This document shows positions 18,595-27,937 of a stretch of 47,946 nt of DNA, piece by piece. The DNA comes from a virus. Its lineage: Duplodnaviria; Heunggongvirae; Uroviricota; Caudoviricetes. The notes below the pieces were generated by a model. That model worked only from the letters and a program-made list of their open reading frames with translations. It had not been told where the DNA came from and did not search any database. A program made the position numbers and the translations under genes. Numbering within the stretch: the first letter of the stretch is position 1; each line of letters begins with the position of its first letter. Location of the stretch: the IMG/VR virus record IMGVR_UViG_2681813146_000002; one strand, written 5' to 3'.

Positions 18595-19733
18595 GGTTTT
18601 GCACCTGCGGCCAGTTTATCCGCAGATATCTTTATCAGTTCCTGTAGTGTCCTGGCTGGTAGGTTTGCATCCAGTACGCTGAGTATGCTGTTGTGATCTG
18701 CCTGGTCGACTACTTTGCCTGTCGGTGGTAGTAGCTTGAGCTGAGGATTCAGGTTTTCGTCAAAGCTGATCAGTGCTCTGGCGTTTCTGAGCAGATCAAG
18801 AAGTAAGGCTGATATCACATTTTCCTGAGTCATTGCTGGCAGATTTAGCGCCGCTTTGGTTTTCCCTGTTGCCTTGTCAAACTCCTTGATTAGTTTCTTC
18901 CTGTAGTTCGGTTCCGTTAATAGCCGATTATGCTCTGTTGCCGCGCGGATAATCGTTTTTTCCTGGTACAGTCGTTTAGCCAGATCACGCTCGTACTGTG
19001 TTTTTAACACGCTGCTGATAGCGTTAAAGGCTTCAATGTAGGCCAGCTTGATATCTTTCACGCCTGGACCGTCGATACTCTCCATGAGCAAGGTAAATCC
19101 GTCTTTTGTCATGCGATAGATTGTTATTTCGCGGTCGCTTCCTTCCAACGGTCGTTGCTCTTTAAAGAAATGACGCGCCGCAGCTGTGCGAGGAATGCGT
19201 AACGCATCGATGGCCATAACGATGGAATTGTTTGTGGTGCTGAATGCTTGGGCAACATCGGCTGAGGTTGTGAGTGGCTCGTTATTGCACACCTTAATGT
19301 AAAACATCGGTTTGGCGTTGAGCGTATCGACAACCTCACGAGCATTGTTTGGCGAGACGGTTACGGTCGCGGCCGTTTGCGCGTTCTGGTTGAAGTAGCA
19401 GTCTTCCAGCCGTTCGAATACATCCCACGCCTGATCGGTTTCGAGCATTTTAGCGTGACGTGCAGCCCCGCGTTCGGTCCAGAGAATTAGGGAGCGGGCA
19501 TTTTTACCAACTAACCCGATTGTTTCGGGTCTGTTCTTGAACTCGCGTAATTCGTTTTTTTCAATTTTAAAGTAATGCTTTCCGGCTACGAATCGCGTCG
19601 TGTTGTTCAGAAAGTTATCAGAAATGTTTTTGATTTTTGTTCCGTATAACTGCGCCAGAAGTTCACTAGTGATAACGGGGATCTGGTTATGCAGGATAGG
19701 CTGTAGGGTGTTAACGGTCGGAAGCGTTTTCAT
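18591..19733 (-). CDS. Antirepressor, Rha-family N-terminal domain with KilAC-like C-terminal region
   Basis: 380 aa. N-terminal region resembles phage regulatory protein Rha by recollection. Confidence 0.55.
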   Translation of the reverse strand: MKTLPTVNTLQPILHNQIPVITSELLAQLYGTKIKNISDNFLNNTTRFVAGKHYFKIEKNELREFKNRPETIGLVGKNARSLILWTERGAARHAKMLETDQAWDVFERLEDCYFNQNAQTAATVTVSPNNAREVVDTLNAKPMFYIKVCNNEPLTTSADVAQAFSTTNNSIVMAIDALRIPRTAAARHFFKEQRPLEGSDREITIYRMTKDGFTLLMESIDGPGVKDIKLAYIEAFNAISSVLKTQYERDLAKRLYQEKTIIRAATEHNRLLTEPNYRKKLIKEFDKATGKTKAALNLPAMTQENVISALLLDLLRNARALISFDENLNPQLKLLPPTGKVVDQADHNSILSVLDANLPARTLQELIKISADKLAAGAKP

Positions 19734-19921
19734 TTTGCACCTCCCATAACTACTTTGGTTACGAGGGAGATTTTTGCGTCAGAAACAGCGTTATCGTTGC
19801 TGGCGATGCGCATAGCTTCGCGCTCGATGATTTCAGCCAGGCGGAATTTATCGGCGTATGAGGCTTTCTTGAGAAGGATCTTTACGAGGTTGACGTAATA
19901 GTCATGGGGTAGGTTTGTCAT
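19730..19921 (-). CDS. Small protein upstream of and coupled to the antirepressor
   Basis: Start taken at the internal ATG after GGAG; the longer ORF extends to 19957. Stop overlaps the antirepressor start. Confidence 0.35.
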   Translation of the reverse strand: MTNLPHDYYVNLVKILLKKASYADKFRLAEIIEREAMRIASNDNAVSDAKISLVTKVVMGGAK

Positions 19922-20215
19922 TGTGATATCTCCAGTATATGGAACTATCACCGCCATTCGAGGCTAATCAAATGGTGGTGAGCCGTACAGGGTTAGCCTT
20001 ACCGGACACAATGACGAACCGGCGCGGATTTCTCCGCCCCTGTACGACCCACCATAATTTGGGCGTAACAGTGCTCTACGCATAAAAAAACCGCTAACGC
20101 GGTATGCGCCATCGTGTTATTCAGGAGGCTAATCCCGGCCGTAGATTTTGCTACGGCTCGGAAAGTGTCCACCAATGGCGCATTTATGTCAATACGGCGG
20201 GATTTTAACAGAGAC

Positions 20216-20232
20216 AACCACATAGTGTGGGT
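20216..20232. promoter_or_regulatory. Operator-like site AACCAC-ATAGT-GTGGGT upstream of the antirepressor operon
   Basis: Matches the AACCAC-N5-GTGGTT family with one mismatch. Confidence 0.4.
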
Positions 20233-20674
20233 TTATTGGTAGGCAGAAACAAAAAAACCGCCCTATTGAGGACGGTTCTTTCGTGCTGATCGGATTCGCG
20301 GTCCTTTCAGCATTACGTTGTTGTATAAACAACCACGCAAGCACAAGCAGCAAGTTAATTTTACCCAAAAGGTAATAATAGTCCACTATTATGCTTCATA
20401 AAATTGTGGTTCTTGTTGTGCCTGCAAACTCACAGATTGTGGGTAGGTTACTGATTTTGTGAAAATAAACGAGTTTTTTCGTTTAATTTCTTTCCTATAA
20501 CTAATCTTAAAATAATCGTAAAATACCTGTGGACCTTCCCGCCGATTCGCACCCGGGCACCGACTTTAGGGGAGGATTCTCCGTTGCCGTACATGCAAGC
20601 ACAAGCAGCCGTGCTTGCTCTCGCGTTGTTTTCGTCGGTGGGGATGCCGTGAAACGGCCTGTAAGGGCCATACA

Positions 20675-20797
20675 ATGAAAAAATACTGTATGTGTATTTT
20701 TATCGTTGTTACTGGAGCTTTGTTTACGCCACATGGGGAGGGTTGGAAGATTACTGATAACGCTCTGAATGTGACGATAAACATTAGCAGCAAGTAG
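20675..20797 (+). CDS. Small hydrophobic peptide (40 aa), candidate membrane toxin or moron peptide
   Basis: MKKYCMCIFIVVTGALFTPHGEGWKITDNALNVTINISSK after an AAGGG ribosome-binding site, followed at once by a strong terminator. No Hok motif. Confidence 0.3.
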   Translation: MKKYCMCIFIVVTGALFTPHGEGWKITDNALNVTINISSK

Positions 20798-20802
20798 CGA
20801 TT

Positions 20803-20826
20803 AGGCCCCTTCGGGGGCCTTTTTTA
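20803..20826 (+). terminator. Rho-independent terminator
   Basis: AGGCCCCTTCGGGGGCCT hairpin followed by TTTTTT. Confidence 0.65.
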
Positions 20827-21047
20827 TGGTTGAATTTAAACGCTGGAGCGCATTAAACCTTTCAGAACTGCTTCACGTACCCATTCTGGCCTGGTAGATA
20901 GCAGGGCAAATAAGCAACCAGCTTGCAGCCGTTTGAGGTCGGTTAGACGAGTTTTCAGTAACCGTGTATATTGTTGCTCGGACATAACAAATTCCCCTTG
21001 TTGTGTCGCGACGGCCAACAGTTGGCGCTGGAGGCCGTCACCTTCTC

Positions 21048-21296
21048 TTACTTCTGGTTGTATTGAGCCTTGAGTAACTCAAAAGATTTTGTCAGCACTT
21101 CTTTCAATGACATATCCATTGAGCTGGCGAACGTTTTGTACTCGCGTTTAAATTCAGGGTCGACGTTAAACGCCATTTGTGCCCCACCTGATTTGGTTCT
21201 GGTCGGCGTTTCAGTCGGGTCGAAAACCTGCGGTTGTTCGATTGATGGCGGTACGCCTTTGCTGTTCTTTTTCGGTGGTTTTGATGGTGCGGCCAT
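21048..21296 (-). CDS. Centromere-binding partition protein, ParG-like (ribbon-helix-helix)
   Basis: 82 aa with a disordered basic N-terminus and a C-terminal RHH-like segment. Immediately downstream of the ParA-like gene. Confidence 0.5.
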   Translation of the reverse strand: MAAPSKPPKKNSKGVPPSIEQPQVFDPTETPTRTKSGGAQMAFNVDPEFKREYKTFASSMDMSLKEVLTKSFELLKAQYNQK

Positions 21297-21339
21297 GTGT
21301 ATCCCCTTTTATATAAATCTATAAAACTATAATTATATA

Positions 21340-21993
21340 TTACGCGGCAGTAGTCAGAGCCTCAAGCTGATTGATAATCCCCTGGATAACATCGTCTGCC
21401 TTTTTGCGTGGCGCAACGTATGAGCACTCAATAAGGCTTAAGCCCTTATCCTGAGCTTTGCTCAGAGCTGGCTTGTGGGGAATGTACTTATCGACAACAA
21501 AGTATGGCGTATTAGCCAGGTACTCTTGGGCTTCAATATAGTCAGCTTCGTTTTCAGCCGCGCCGGAAAACACCATGCAAATTTTCTTGATTGGTACACC
21601 CTTTTTAACGATGCCGTGAGCTGTGTTAACGGTGGTTTCCAGGTCATCGGTAGAGAATCTGGTTGGCAAAATAACCATATCCAGAAATTCAGAGAGCTTC
21701 GGTACTGATTCAGATGCGTAGGCACCGCCATCGACGATAACCAGGTCGTATACTTCTGATTCGATGATTTTCTGGACTTGTGATGGTGTGCCGCACGGCT
21801 GCGCCGCGATTGCTGGTTCGATATTGTTGGCCATTCTGCGTTGTACCCAACGCGTTACCGTTCCGTTAAGCACATCCATATCGATCAGGCATACATTCCA
21901 GCCAGCCTTTGCATAAGCAACTGCTAAAGCACGGGCAATTGTTGATTTGGTTACGCCGCCTTTTCCGTTGAAAATACCTACAGAGATAGTCAT
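21340..21993 (-). CDS. parA: Partition ATPase, ParA/ParF-like
   Basis: Deviant Walker A GKGGVTKST near the N-terminus. Start taken at MTISV; the longer ORF extends to 22008. Confidence 0.7.
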   Translation of the reverse strand: MTISVGIFNGKGGVTKSTIARALAVAYAKAGWNVCLIDMDVLNGTVTRWVQRRMANNIEPAIAAQPCGTPSQVQKIIESEVYDLVIVDGGAYASESVPKLSEFLDMVILPTRFSTDDLETTVNTAHGIVKKGVPIKKICMVFSGAAENEADYIEAQEYLANTPYFVVDKYIPHKPALSKAQDKGLSLIECSYVAPRKKADDVIQGIINQLEALTTAA

Positions 21994-22020
21994 TTGTCGA
22001 GACTCCATGTGTTTGGTTAT

Positions 22021-22118
22021 ATAATTCTATAAATCTATATTTATAGAACGAGGTAAGCATAACCAACTTTTTGGCGGATGAAAAGCGTTTTATATAATTA
22101 TATAAATCTATAATCATA
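22021..22118. repeat. AT-rich palindromic repeat units upstream of the ParA-like gene (candidate centromere/operator)
   Basis: Repeated TATAATTCTATAAATCTATATTTATAGA and TATATAATTATATAAATCTATAATCATATA units. A related unit lies at about 21303..21332 upstream of the ParG-like gene. Confidence 0.5.
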
Positions 22119-22143
22119 TAAGCGGGCGTTAGCCCGCTTGCAG

Positions 22144-22518
22144 TCAGAGGTCAGCTATCGTTGATATCAGTTGATTTGCTAGCTGTCGCTGTTTACGTGA
22201 GAGGGTTAGAGCTGCTTCTGAGCGGTCGCTAAGAGGGGTATTCTCATCGAGAATCATGAGGCATACAGAAATGATAGCTCTGTTATATGCCATCAATGAC
22301 TGGCACAGCTTTGATACAGAAGGCACATCGTATTGTAAGGCTGTTTTGAGGCAGGCTTTTTGCTCGTAAGCAAGATGAAGGGTAGATGATATCCAGTCGA
22401 TATCTTTCTCATTATCAATGATTTGGCATAACATACACTCAATCGCTATGTTCAACGCTTGGATTTCGATTCCAGCAGTGATCAGAGTTTCGTTTTTATT
22501 GGCTGTATGTAATTCCAT
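22144..22518 (-). CDS. Hypothetical protein between the repressor gene and the partition genes
   Basis: 124-aa ORF. No recognisable motif. Confidence 0.35.
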   Translation of the reverse strand: MELHTANKNETLITAGIEIQALNIAIECMLCQIIDNEKDIDWISSTLHLAYEQKACLKTALQYDVPSVSKLCQSLMAYNRAIISVCLMILDENTPLSDRSEAALTLSRKQRQLANQLISTIADL

Positions 22519-22610
22519 GCGTAGCCTCTTTTATACTTTCACATGTTGTCAAAACCACAAAATGTGGTTTTTTTGAGCGTAGAAATGCACGGCTTTCGCC
22601 GTGCTGTGTA

Positions 22611-23267
22611 TCATAACCAGTTGACAACACTAACTACGCGGCCCAGAACTTTATAACGCTTAAATTCCTCGTTATTCAGATGCTTAGTGTTCATTTCAGC
22701 ATCCCTTTCGGTTGACAGCATAACAGCATTGTCACCCGGTATGACTCTACAGTGCCTCAAAACAACCAGGCCATTTCTGTCTTCAAGGGCATAGATCCCC
22801 TCATGAATCTCTGTATCGTCTGTATCAATCAGGACTTGGGAGCCAGGGGATATTGTTGGTGACATTAACTCATCGTTGCTCTGGAGAACTGACAGAGACG
22901 ATGGGTTGATGTTCTTGCTTCGTAGAATCTCCTGTTCTATCGCCAGCACTGGCTTTTCTCCGGCGTGCGATGCTATGTCATTTTTTATAGCTACAAGCCC
23001 AGGAATAACAGGAGCGTTAGTATTCTGGGGTGGGAACGGGTTATCTGTTAAGCACGCGATATAAGGCGCTGATGCTTTCAGGGCGTGCGCGATTTTCTTG
23101 ATGGCAGGTATAGATGGTTGTCTTAATCCGGCCTCATAGTTCTGCAAGGTGCTTAAGCCTATTCCAGTGACTTGCTGGAGATCTCCGGCAGTCATGCCGG
23201 ATTGTTTCCGTAGAGTCTGAATGCGCAGACCTATTTCTTTCTTGATGTTCTCGTCGTTGCTTTTCAT
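22611..23267 (-). CDS. Prophage repressor, CI-like (XRE HTH plus S24 LexA-type C-terminal domain)
   Basis: N-terminal HTH IGLRIQTLRKQSGMTAGDLQQVTGIGLSTLQNYE. C-terminal S24-like region. Divergent from a Cro-like gene with palindromes in between. Confidence 0.65.
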   Translation of the reverse strand: MKSNDENIKKEIGLRIQTLRKQSGMTAGDLQQVTGIGLSTLQNYEAGLRQPSIPAIKKIAHALKASAPYIACLTDNPFPPQNTNAPVIPGLVAIKNDIASHAGEKPVLAIEQEILRSKNINPSSLSVLQSNDELMSPTISPGSQVLIDTDDTEIHEGIYALEDRNGLVVLRHCRVIPGDNAVMLSTERDAEMNTKHLNNEEFKRYKVLGRVVSVVNWL

Positions 23268-23299
23268 GTCTCATCAATCGTGAATGGTGGGTTATTTAT

Positions 23300-23425
23300 A
23301 CATTACCACATTTAGTGGTTTTCACATGGTAAGACGAGAGGTGGACCACAAATAGAAGGTTATTTTTTGTTTTGCCCATTGAAAAACTCACGATATGTGG
23401 TTTTAATACCACATATCGTGGTTTT
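23300..23425. promoter_or_regulatory. Divergent immunity promoter/operator region
   Basis: Operator-like sites 23304..23320 and 23407..23423, plus a perfect 12-bp inverted repeat CACGATATGTGG/CCACATATCGTG at 23389..23420. A further site lies at 22553..22569. Confidence 0.55.
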
Positions 23426-23441
23426 AACTGGAGTTCGTTAA

Positions 23442-23936
23442 ATGACCTTTCAGGAGTGGGTTGACGAAAATGGAGGCCAAATTGGTGTTGCCAGAAAGTT
23501 TGGCTTTACGTCATCACTGATTGGTGCCTGGTATCGCTTCGAGAGATTCCCTCGTGCGGATAACCTGACGCTGCTGGTGGCGTATTCGGAAGGCCGGATT
23601 AACGTCCAGCAATGGGCGGCAGATTTTGCCGAACGTCAGCGCCAGCGTAGCGATGGCACATCGGTTCGGCAGAACAAGATCAAAGGGAATCTCCCTGTTA
23701 ACTGCTTATCAAGGCTGAAAGCGGTTTTCTCTGAGTTGGGGATGCCTGCGGAGCGTTGCAATCTACGCGGTCCGCGATTCATTGCTCGCTGGAAACACTC
23801 ACACGTAACCGTTTCAGAGGTTCGTGATGCGATTACCGTGCTGGAGCTTAAGAATAAAGATTCCAGCGATATCGAGCTGATTCATAAGGAGATTAGCAAC
23901 GCCCGGCGTTCAGCACTTGGGAGGCTTGAGGAATGA
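23442..23936 (+). CDS. Cro-like regulator (YdaS / DUF1019-like HTH)
   Basis: N-terminus FQEWVDENGGQIGVARKFGFTSSLIGAWY resembles YdaS-type Cro proteins. Divergent from the repressor gene. Confidence 0.5.
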   Translation: MTFQEWVDENGGQIGVARKFGFTSSLIGAWYRFERFPRADNLTLLVAYSEGRINVQQWAADFAERQRQRSDGTSVRQNKIKGNLPVNCLSRLKAVFSELGMPAERCNLRGPRFIARWKHSHVTVSEVRDAITVLELKNKDSSDIELIHKEISNARRSALGRLEE

Positions 23937-24448
23937 TGATTCTGGCCTTCTTTGGTGATAATCACCAGATTCAATCGAAGGTGGTGCACTACCTTGATCA
24001 AACGATTAAAGGATTTGCTATCGATCATATTGATAACGATAGCAAACATCTATCTGTAGATCAGAAAATTGGACGTGTGCAGCGACTGGTTGCCAGCCGT
24101 AACAGACGTGACACCGTAACAGTAGTCACGGGGATAACGGAGGTCATGGAGTACCAGATGTTGCTGCATCGTGGAGCTGTTTTCTGCGTTCTTCCTGGCA
24201 TTCTGCCAGCAATTCTTGCTCGTGGTTTTGTCCCTATTGATGAGTCGTTTTTATATGTAACCCCAAGCCGTTCCCTTCTGGATACGGAGGCGAAGCGTCG
24301 CATTTATATGATGCCGGACGAGGCATTTTCTGAATGTTACCGCCGTGAAATGAGGTTGGGTAAACGAGAAGTGTCTGTTGTTCGTGATGGCAGGTTTTTA
24401 AGAAGCCGCACGGTGAAAAGCACCAGAAATGACGGGGGCCATCAATGA
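23933..24448 (+). CDS. Hypothetical protein
   Basis: 171-aa ORF coupled to the Cro-like gene. Confidence 0.35.
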   Translation: MMILAFFGDNHQIQSKVVHYLDQTIKGFAIDHIDNDSKHLSVDQKIGRVQRLVASRNRRDTVTVVTGITEVMEYQMLLHRGAVFCVLPGILPAILARGFVPIDESFLYVTPSRSLLDTEAKRRIYMMPDEAFSECYRREMRLGKREVSVVRDGRFLRSRTVKSTRNDGGHQ

Positions 24449-24678
24449 GTAGTTATGTTCGCGGTGCTGCGATGCATTGCCAGAATCCCCAATTCTGGCG
24501 CTTTCTGACCAGTAAAACAGGGAAGAACGTTTCAAACAGTTCTGAGGCCTCTGTGATTCTGCGTGAGTTTTGCGGGATCTCATCCCGTAAAGAGCTGGCA
24601 AAGAACTACGCGGCCAGAAGCATGTATGTCCAGTTAATCAACGAGTTCAACCTCTTTATCAATGGTAAGGGGCGCTGA
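24445..24678 (+). CDS. Hypothetical protein
   Basis: 77-aa coupled ORF. Confidence 0.3.
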   Translation: MSSYVRGAAMHCQNPQFWRFLTSKTGKNVSNSSEASVILREFCGISSRKELAKNYAARSMYVQLINEFNLFINGKGR

Positions 24679-25082
24679 TGAACGGACGTACACCAACGAA
24701 GAAAGAGAAACTTTATATACAAGCGGTGCTCACTCACGTGGGTTGCATAGCTTGCATTATTGATGGCCGTGAAATTGAGAATCCAGAGCTGTGGACGGAG
24801 CTACATCACGATCCTGATTACGGCAGCGTTGATGAGAATTGCCACTTCCATAGCTTTGGGTTGTGCGCACCACATCATCGCGGTGTTGTGCCTGGTGGTG
24901 GGCGCGTGCCTCCGCATATTGCCGTTCGTCACCCTCCCCTGAGTAATTGTGCTCGCTTTGTTGAGCGTTATGGCACCGATGAATTTTTGTGTGCGCAGAC
25001 GTGGGAGCTGTTGCCGCAGTCAGTTAAAGACGAAATTGGGTTTGATCTTAGTCTTGGTGAAGTACCAGGGGATACCAAATGA
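24678..25082 (+). CDS. Cys/His-rich protein, possible HNH/Ref-like nuclease
   Basis: Cys and His clusters (CIACIIDG, HH, CHFHSFGLCAPHH). Family assignment is tentative. Confidence 0.35.
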   Translation: MNGRTPTKKEKLYIQAVLTHVGCIACIIDGREIENPELWTELHHDPDYGSVDENCHFHSFGLCAPHHRGVVPGGGRVPPHIAVRHPPLSNCARFVERYGTDEFLCAQTWELLPQSVKDEIGFDLSLGEVPGDTK

Positions 25083-25411
25083 GATATACCGGCTTTCGCA
25101 AACCAGCGACCAGGAAAAGCAAATACGGCAATAAAAAAACTGTTGTCGATGATATCTCTTTTGATAGCAAAAAAGAGGCTGATTACTACTGCGAACTGAA
25201 GCTACTGAGAAAAGCTGGCCGCGTTGTGACGTTTCTTATGCAGGTGCCTTTTCATCTGCCAGGTGGTGTCGTTTATAAACTTGATTTCATGGTGTTTTAT
25301 GACGATGGGACGATTGATTGTGTCGACACTAAAGGTGTGCGAACAGACGTCTACATCATGAAGAAAAAGCAGGTAGAGGCGCTTTATCCCGTCACGATAC
25401 GGGAGATCTGA
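25079..25411 (+). CDS. DUF1064-like phage protein
   Basis: N-terminal KYGNKKT motif and length of about 110 aa match my recollection of DUF1064. Confidence 0.45.
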   Translation: MRYTGFRKPATRKSKYGNKKTVVDDISFDSKKEADYYCELKLLRKAGRVVTFLMQVPFHLPGGVVYKLDFMVFYDDGTIDCVDTKGVRTDVYIMKKKQVEALYPVTIREI

Positions 25412-25414
25412 ACA

Positions 25415-25792
25415 GTGAGACGCGATCTGGATAGCTTGTTTGAGCTATGGGCGCTGTGGGTGCGCAATGGCTGCAACGCCCGTAGCGGTTTCGCGTCGAT
25501 GTTAGAAATGATGATGGTTACGCGCTGCCAGTTTACCGGAGGGGGCGGCGCACCAAATGACTCACTGGAAACCAGTATCGAGGGAGCGGTGACGGCCCTC
25601 ACGGTAGTTGATGAGACTGCGGCGCTGGTTGTCCGAATTGAATACGGGGCGTGGGAGATTCGGGGCCTCGACATAAATGCACCGCATATTGATAAAGCCC
25701 ACGCCCTTTCTCTTAGTCTCAGACAGTATCGCCGGAAGCTGGCAAAAGCCAGGGCGTATGTTGTCGACTATTTGAAAAAGCGAAGAGAGTAA
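25415..25792 (+). CDS. Hypothetical protein, possibly an antiterminator-like regulator
   Basis: 125-aa ORF. Weak recollection-based resemblance only. Confidence 0.3.
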   Translation: MRRDLDSLFELWALWVRNGCNARSGFASMLEMMMVTRCQFTGGGGAPNDSLETSIEGAVTALTVVDETAALVVRIEYGAWEIRGLDINAPHIDKAHALSLSLRQYRRKLAKARAYVVDYLKKRRE

Positions 25793-25842
25793 AAGTGTCA
25801 TTTTGAGCTTTTTGATGGTGTGTAGACATCGGGAACATCGAA

Positions 25843-25960
25843 AATCTATAAATATATAATTATATATTTATATAAAAAGTGCTTTACAGGTGGGAAAAAA
25901 TTTCCTAAGGTTATACCCGAAACCGAGCGATACCCGCCCTGGTTAAACCGGAGAAATCTG
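25843..25960 (+). promoter_or_regulatory. Conserved promoter/operator/leader cassette, copy B
   Basis: Same AT-rich palindrome, TTTACA-N17-TAAGGT and leader as copy A, ending at the ATG of the next gene. Confidence 0.55.
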
Positions 25961-27028
25961 ATGAATAAACAAGTAATTATTTCTGACTGGATCAACAACC
26001 CTAACAGCCTGTTAAGCACTGATACTGGCTACCTATTACGCCATGTTAATGGTCGTATGGTCAAAAGCGATGAGCACGAAACCTTTTTCTTTGTTGAAGA
26101 CGATGGGCGCATCTATGAGGATGGTTACTCTTATGAAGCCCAAACTGGTTGTATCCCTGCGGAGCTGGTGGACGTAACAGAAGATCTGCGCAAAGCATGG
26201 CTTGAACAGCAGCAGCGCGGAGATGATTACGTAAACACCTATCAGGAACGCCAGAACGCGCGTCTTGCCCGATATATTGCTCGTGCAGAAAAAGCCAGAA
26301 AAGAAGGTGCGGTAGCGCATAAGCGAGCGCATGACCTGTTGGATGTGATCCCGTTAGGCCAGCCGATTTTAGTTGACCATTATAGCGCGAAAGGCCATCG
26401 CCGCCGTTTGTCTAAAGCTGATGCGTTATTCAGAAAAGCGTTTGTTGAATGCGAAAGTAAAGCATCACACTACGAGAGCAAAGCCGCAGGTGTTGGTCGT
26501 AATGGAATTTCGTCTGATGATCCTGATGCGCTATTTAAGTTGCTTCGTAAGCTGCAAGGCTGCATGAAGTCACACGTCAAAATGAAGGCCGCAAATAAGG
26601 CCATTCGCAAATACAAAAAAGACCATTTACAGCAGCTTTCTGCATTAATCGATCTCAGGTTTACAGAAAGCGAAGCCAAAGAGTTACTGGCCGGAGATTT
26701 CTGTGGGCGCATCGGATTCCCTTCATACGCACTGAGCAACAATAACGCCGAAATCAAACGACTACAGAGCCGTATTAAGGAGCTTGAATCGGTCAAGTCT
26801 GTAACAGGAGCACAGCGCGAAGAATACGACGGCTTTTCTATGGAGATAGATCCAGAGGATAACCGCATCCTGTTTTATTTCCCTGGCAAACCAGAGGCAA
26901 ACATTCGTTCGCTGCTTAAATCACGCGCCTTTAAGTGGAGTCCAACCCGTAATGCATGGGTTCGCAAGATTACTCCAAACGCTCTGGCTGATGCCCGATA
27001 TCTGAAAGAATCGCTATTGAAAGCCTGA
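25961..27028 (+). CDS. Hypothetical protein, possibly DUF3560-containing
   Basis: 355 aa with motif GQPILVDHYSAKGHRRR. Cassette-driven. Confidence 0.4.
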   Translation: MNKQVIISDWINNPNSLLSTDTGYLLRHVNGRMVKSDEHETFFFVEDDGRIYEDGYSYEAQTGCIPAELVDVTEDLRKAWLEQQQRGDDYVNTYQERQNARLARYIARAEKARKEGAVAHKRAHDLLDVIPLGQPILVDHYSAKGHRRRLSKADALFRKAFVECESKASHYESKAAGVGRNGISSDDPDALFKLLRKLQGCMKSHVKMKAANKAIRKYKKDHLQQLSALIDLRFTESEAKELLAGDFCGRIGFPSYALSNNNAEIKRLQSRIKELESVKSVTGAQREEYDGFSMEIDPEDNRILFYFPGKPEANIRSLLKSRAFKWSPTRNAWVRKITPNALADARYLKESLLKA

Positions 27029-27105
27029 CAGTAAGCCTACGGCGGGATGTCTCCTGCCGTATATAGAATTATATATTTATATAAATGTATAAGGACGCCT
27101 CGACA

Positions 27106-27387
27106 ATGAAACGCAAAATTATTAACCCCCAAGATGTGATTAATTTCCTGACCGATCACCCATGTTCAAAAGTGGACGTAATCGCGGAGCACATTGGTGT
27201 GTCGCAGAACTCTATGCGTTGCAGACTGAGAAGCATGGTTGCCGAAGGACAGATAACAACCAGGAAAATAAATGGTTGCCTGTACTACTCCGCTAAACCG
27301 GAATTGCCATTTGGCATGAATCCTAACTCCATGTTGTTTAACACCTTATTAGCCAAAGTTAAGCCGTTGAGAGGGGCTGTGGCATGA
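27106..27387 (+). CDS. Small winged-helix-like DNA-binding protein
   Basis: Start taken at MKRKIINPQ after AAGGA; the longer ORF starts 27085. Preceded by an AT-rich palindrome at about 27061..27090. Confidence 0.4.
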   Translation: MKRKIINPQDVINFLTDHPCSKVDVIAEHIGVSQNSMRCRLRSMVAEGQITTRKINGCLYYSAKPELPFGMNPNSMLFNTLLAKVKPLRGAVA

Positions 27388-27749
27388 GCATCAAAACCCA
27401 TACCGGAATAATCATCACCATTGATGGTGAGAAAAGAGTGAAGTTGCGCGAAACGCCGACAACCTGGTGTGTTGGTCCGAAAGAAACATATCGCAAGGAA
27501 GATGGCCGTCGTTGTGGGGCACCACTTTCCCGCCGTCGCCTCCTTTTGAGCACGATAAAACCTATCGGGCAGGTTGAGCAACCAACGACTCCGGTAACGA
27601 AGATTTCAGACAAGAGTCTGGCAAACCTGATCGCCGATGCGGACAAGGTGCTGGAGCGGAACACCCCCGTTGCAGATGAGGAATGGTGGCAGGATTTCCG
27701 AGCCGCAATGCTAGAGCTTCAGGAACGTCGTCGGGAGGAGTTGAAGTGA
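27384..27749 (+). CDS. Hypothetical protein
   Basis: 121-aa ORF. Confidence 0.35.
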   Translation: MSIKTHTGIIITIDGEKRVKLRETPTTWCVGPKETYRKEDGRRCGAPLSRRRLLLSTIKPIGQVEQPTTPVTKISDKSLANLIADADKVLERNTPVADEEWWQDFRAAMLELQERRREELK

Positions 27750-27937
27750 GCAAGAAAAATGCCGGATGGGTCAGGCCAATGAAGGCGAATAAACATCATT
27801 ATTTTAATGAAGGTGAAGTAACCAGCATTTGCGGCCGTTGGATGTATTTTGGTGATTACCGTGAGCCAGACACTTTTGAGAGTCCTGATGATTGCGTGTC
27901 TTGTCGCCGGAAATTGAACAAGGTGGCTTCTAAATGA
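27746..27937 (+). CDS. Small Cys-containing protein
   Basis: GTG start overlapping the upstream stop, after GGAGG. Cys pairs CGRW and CVSC. Confidence 0.3.
   Translation: MSKKNAGWVRPMKANKHHYFNEGEVTSICGRWMYFGDYREPDTFESPDDCVSCRRKLNKVASK

Noticed and set aside
20448-20793. Three staggered 75-aa minus-strand ORFs
   Set aside because: Overlapping frames in a structured noncoding region that antisense the 40-aa peptide gene. No coding signal is distinguishable by eye.
20675-20797. Hok/Gef-family toxin assignment for the 40-aa peptide
   Set aside because: It lacks the conserved Hok C-terminal pattern; only the generic hydrophobic character is shared.
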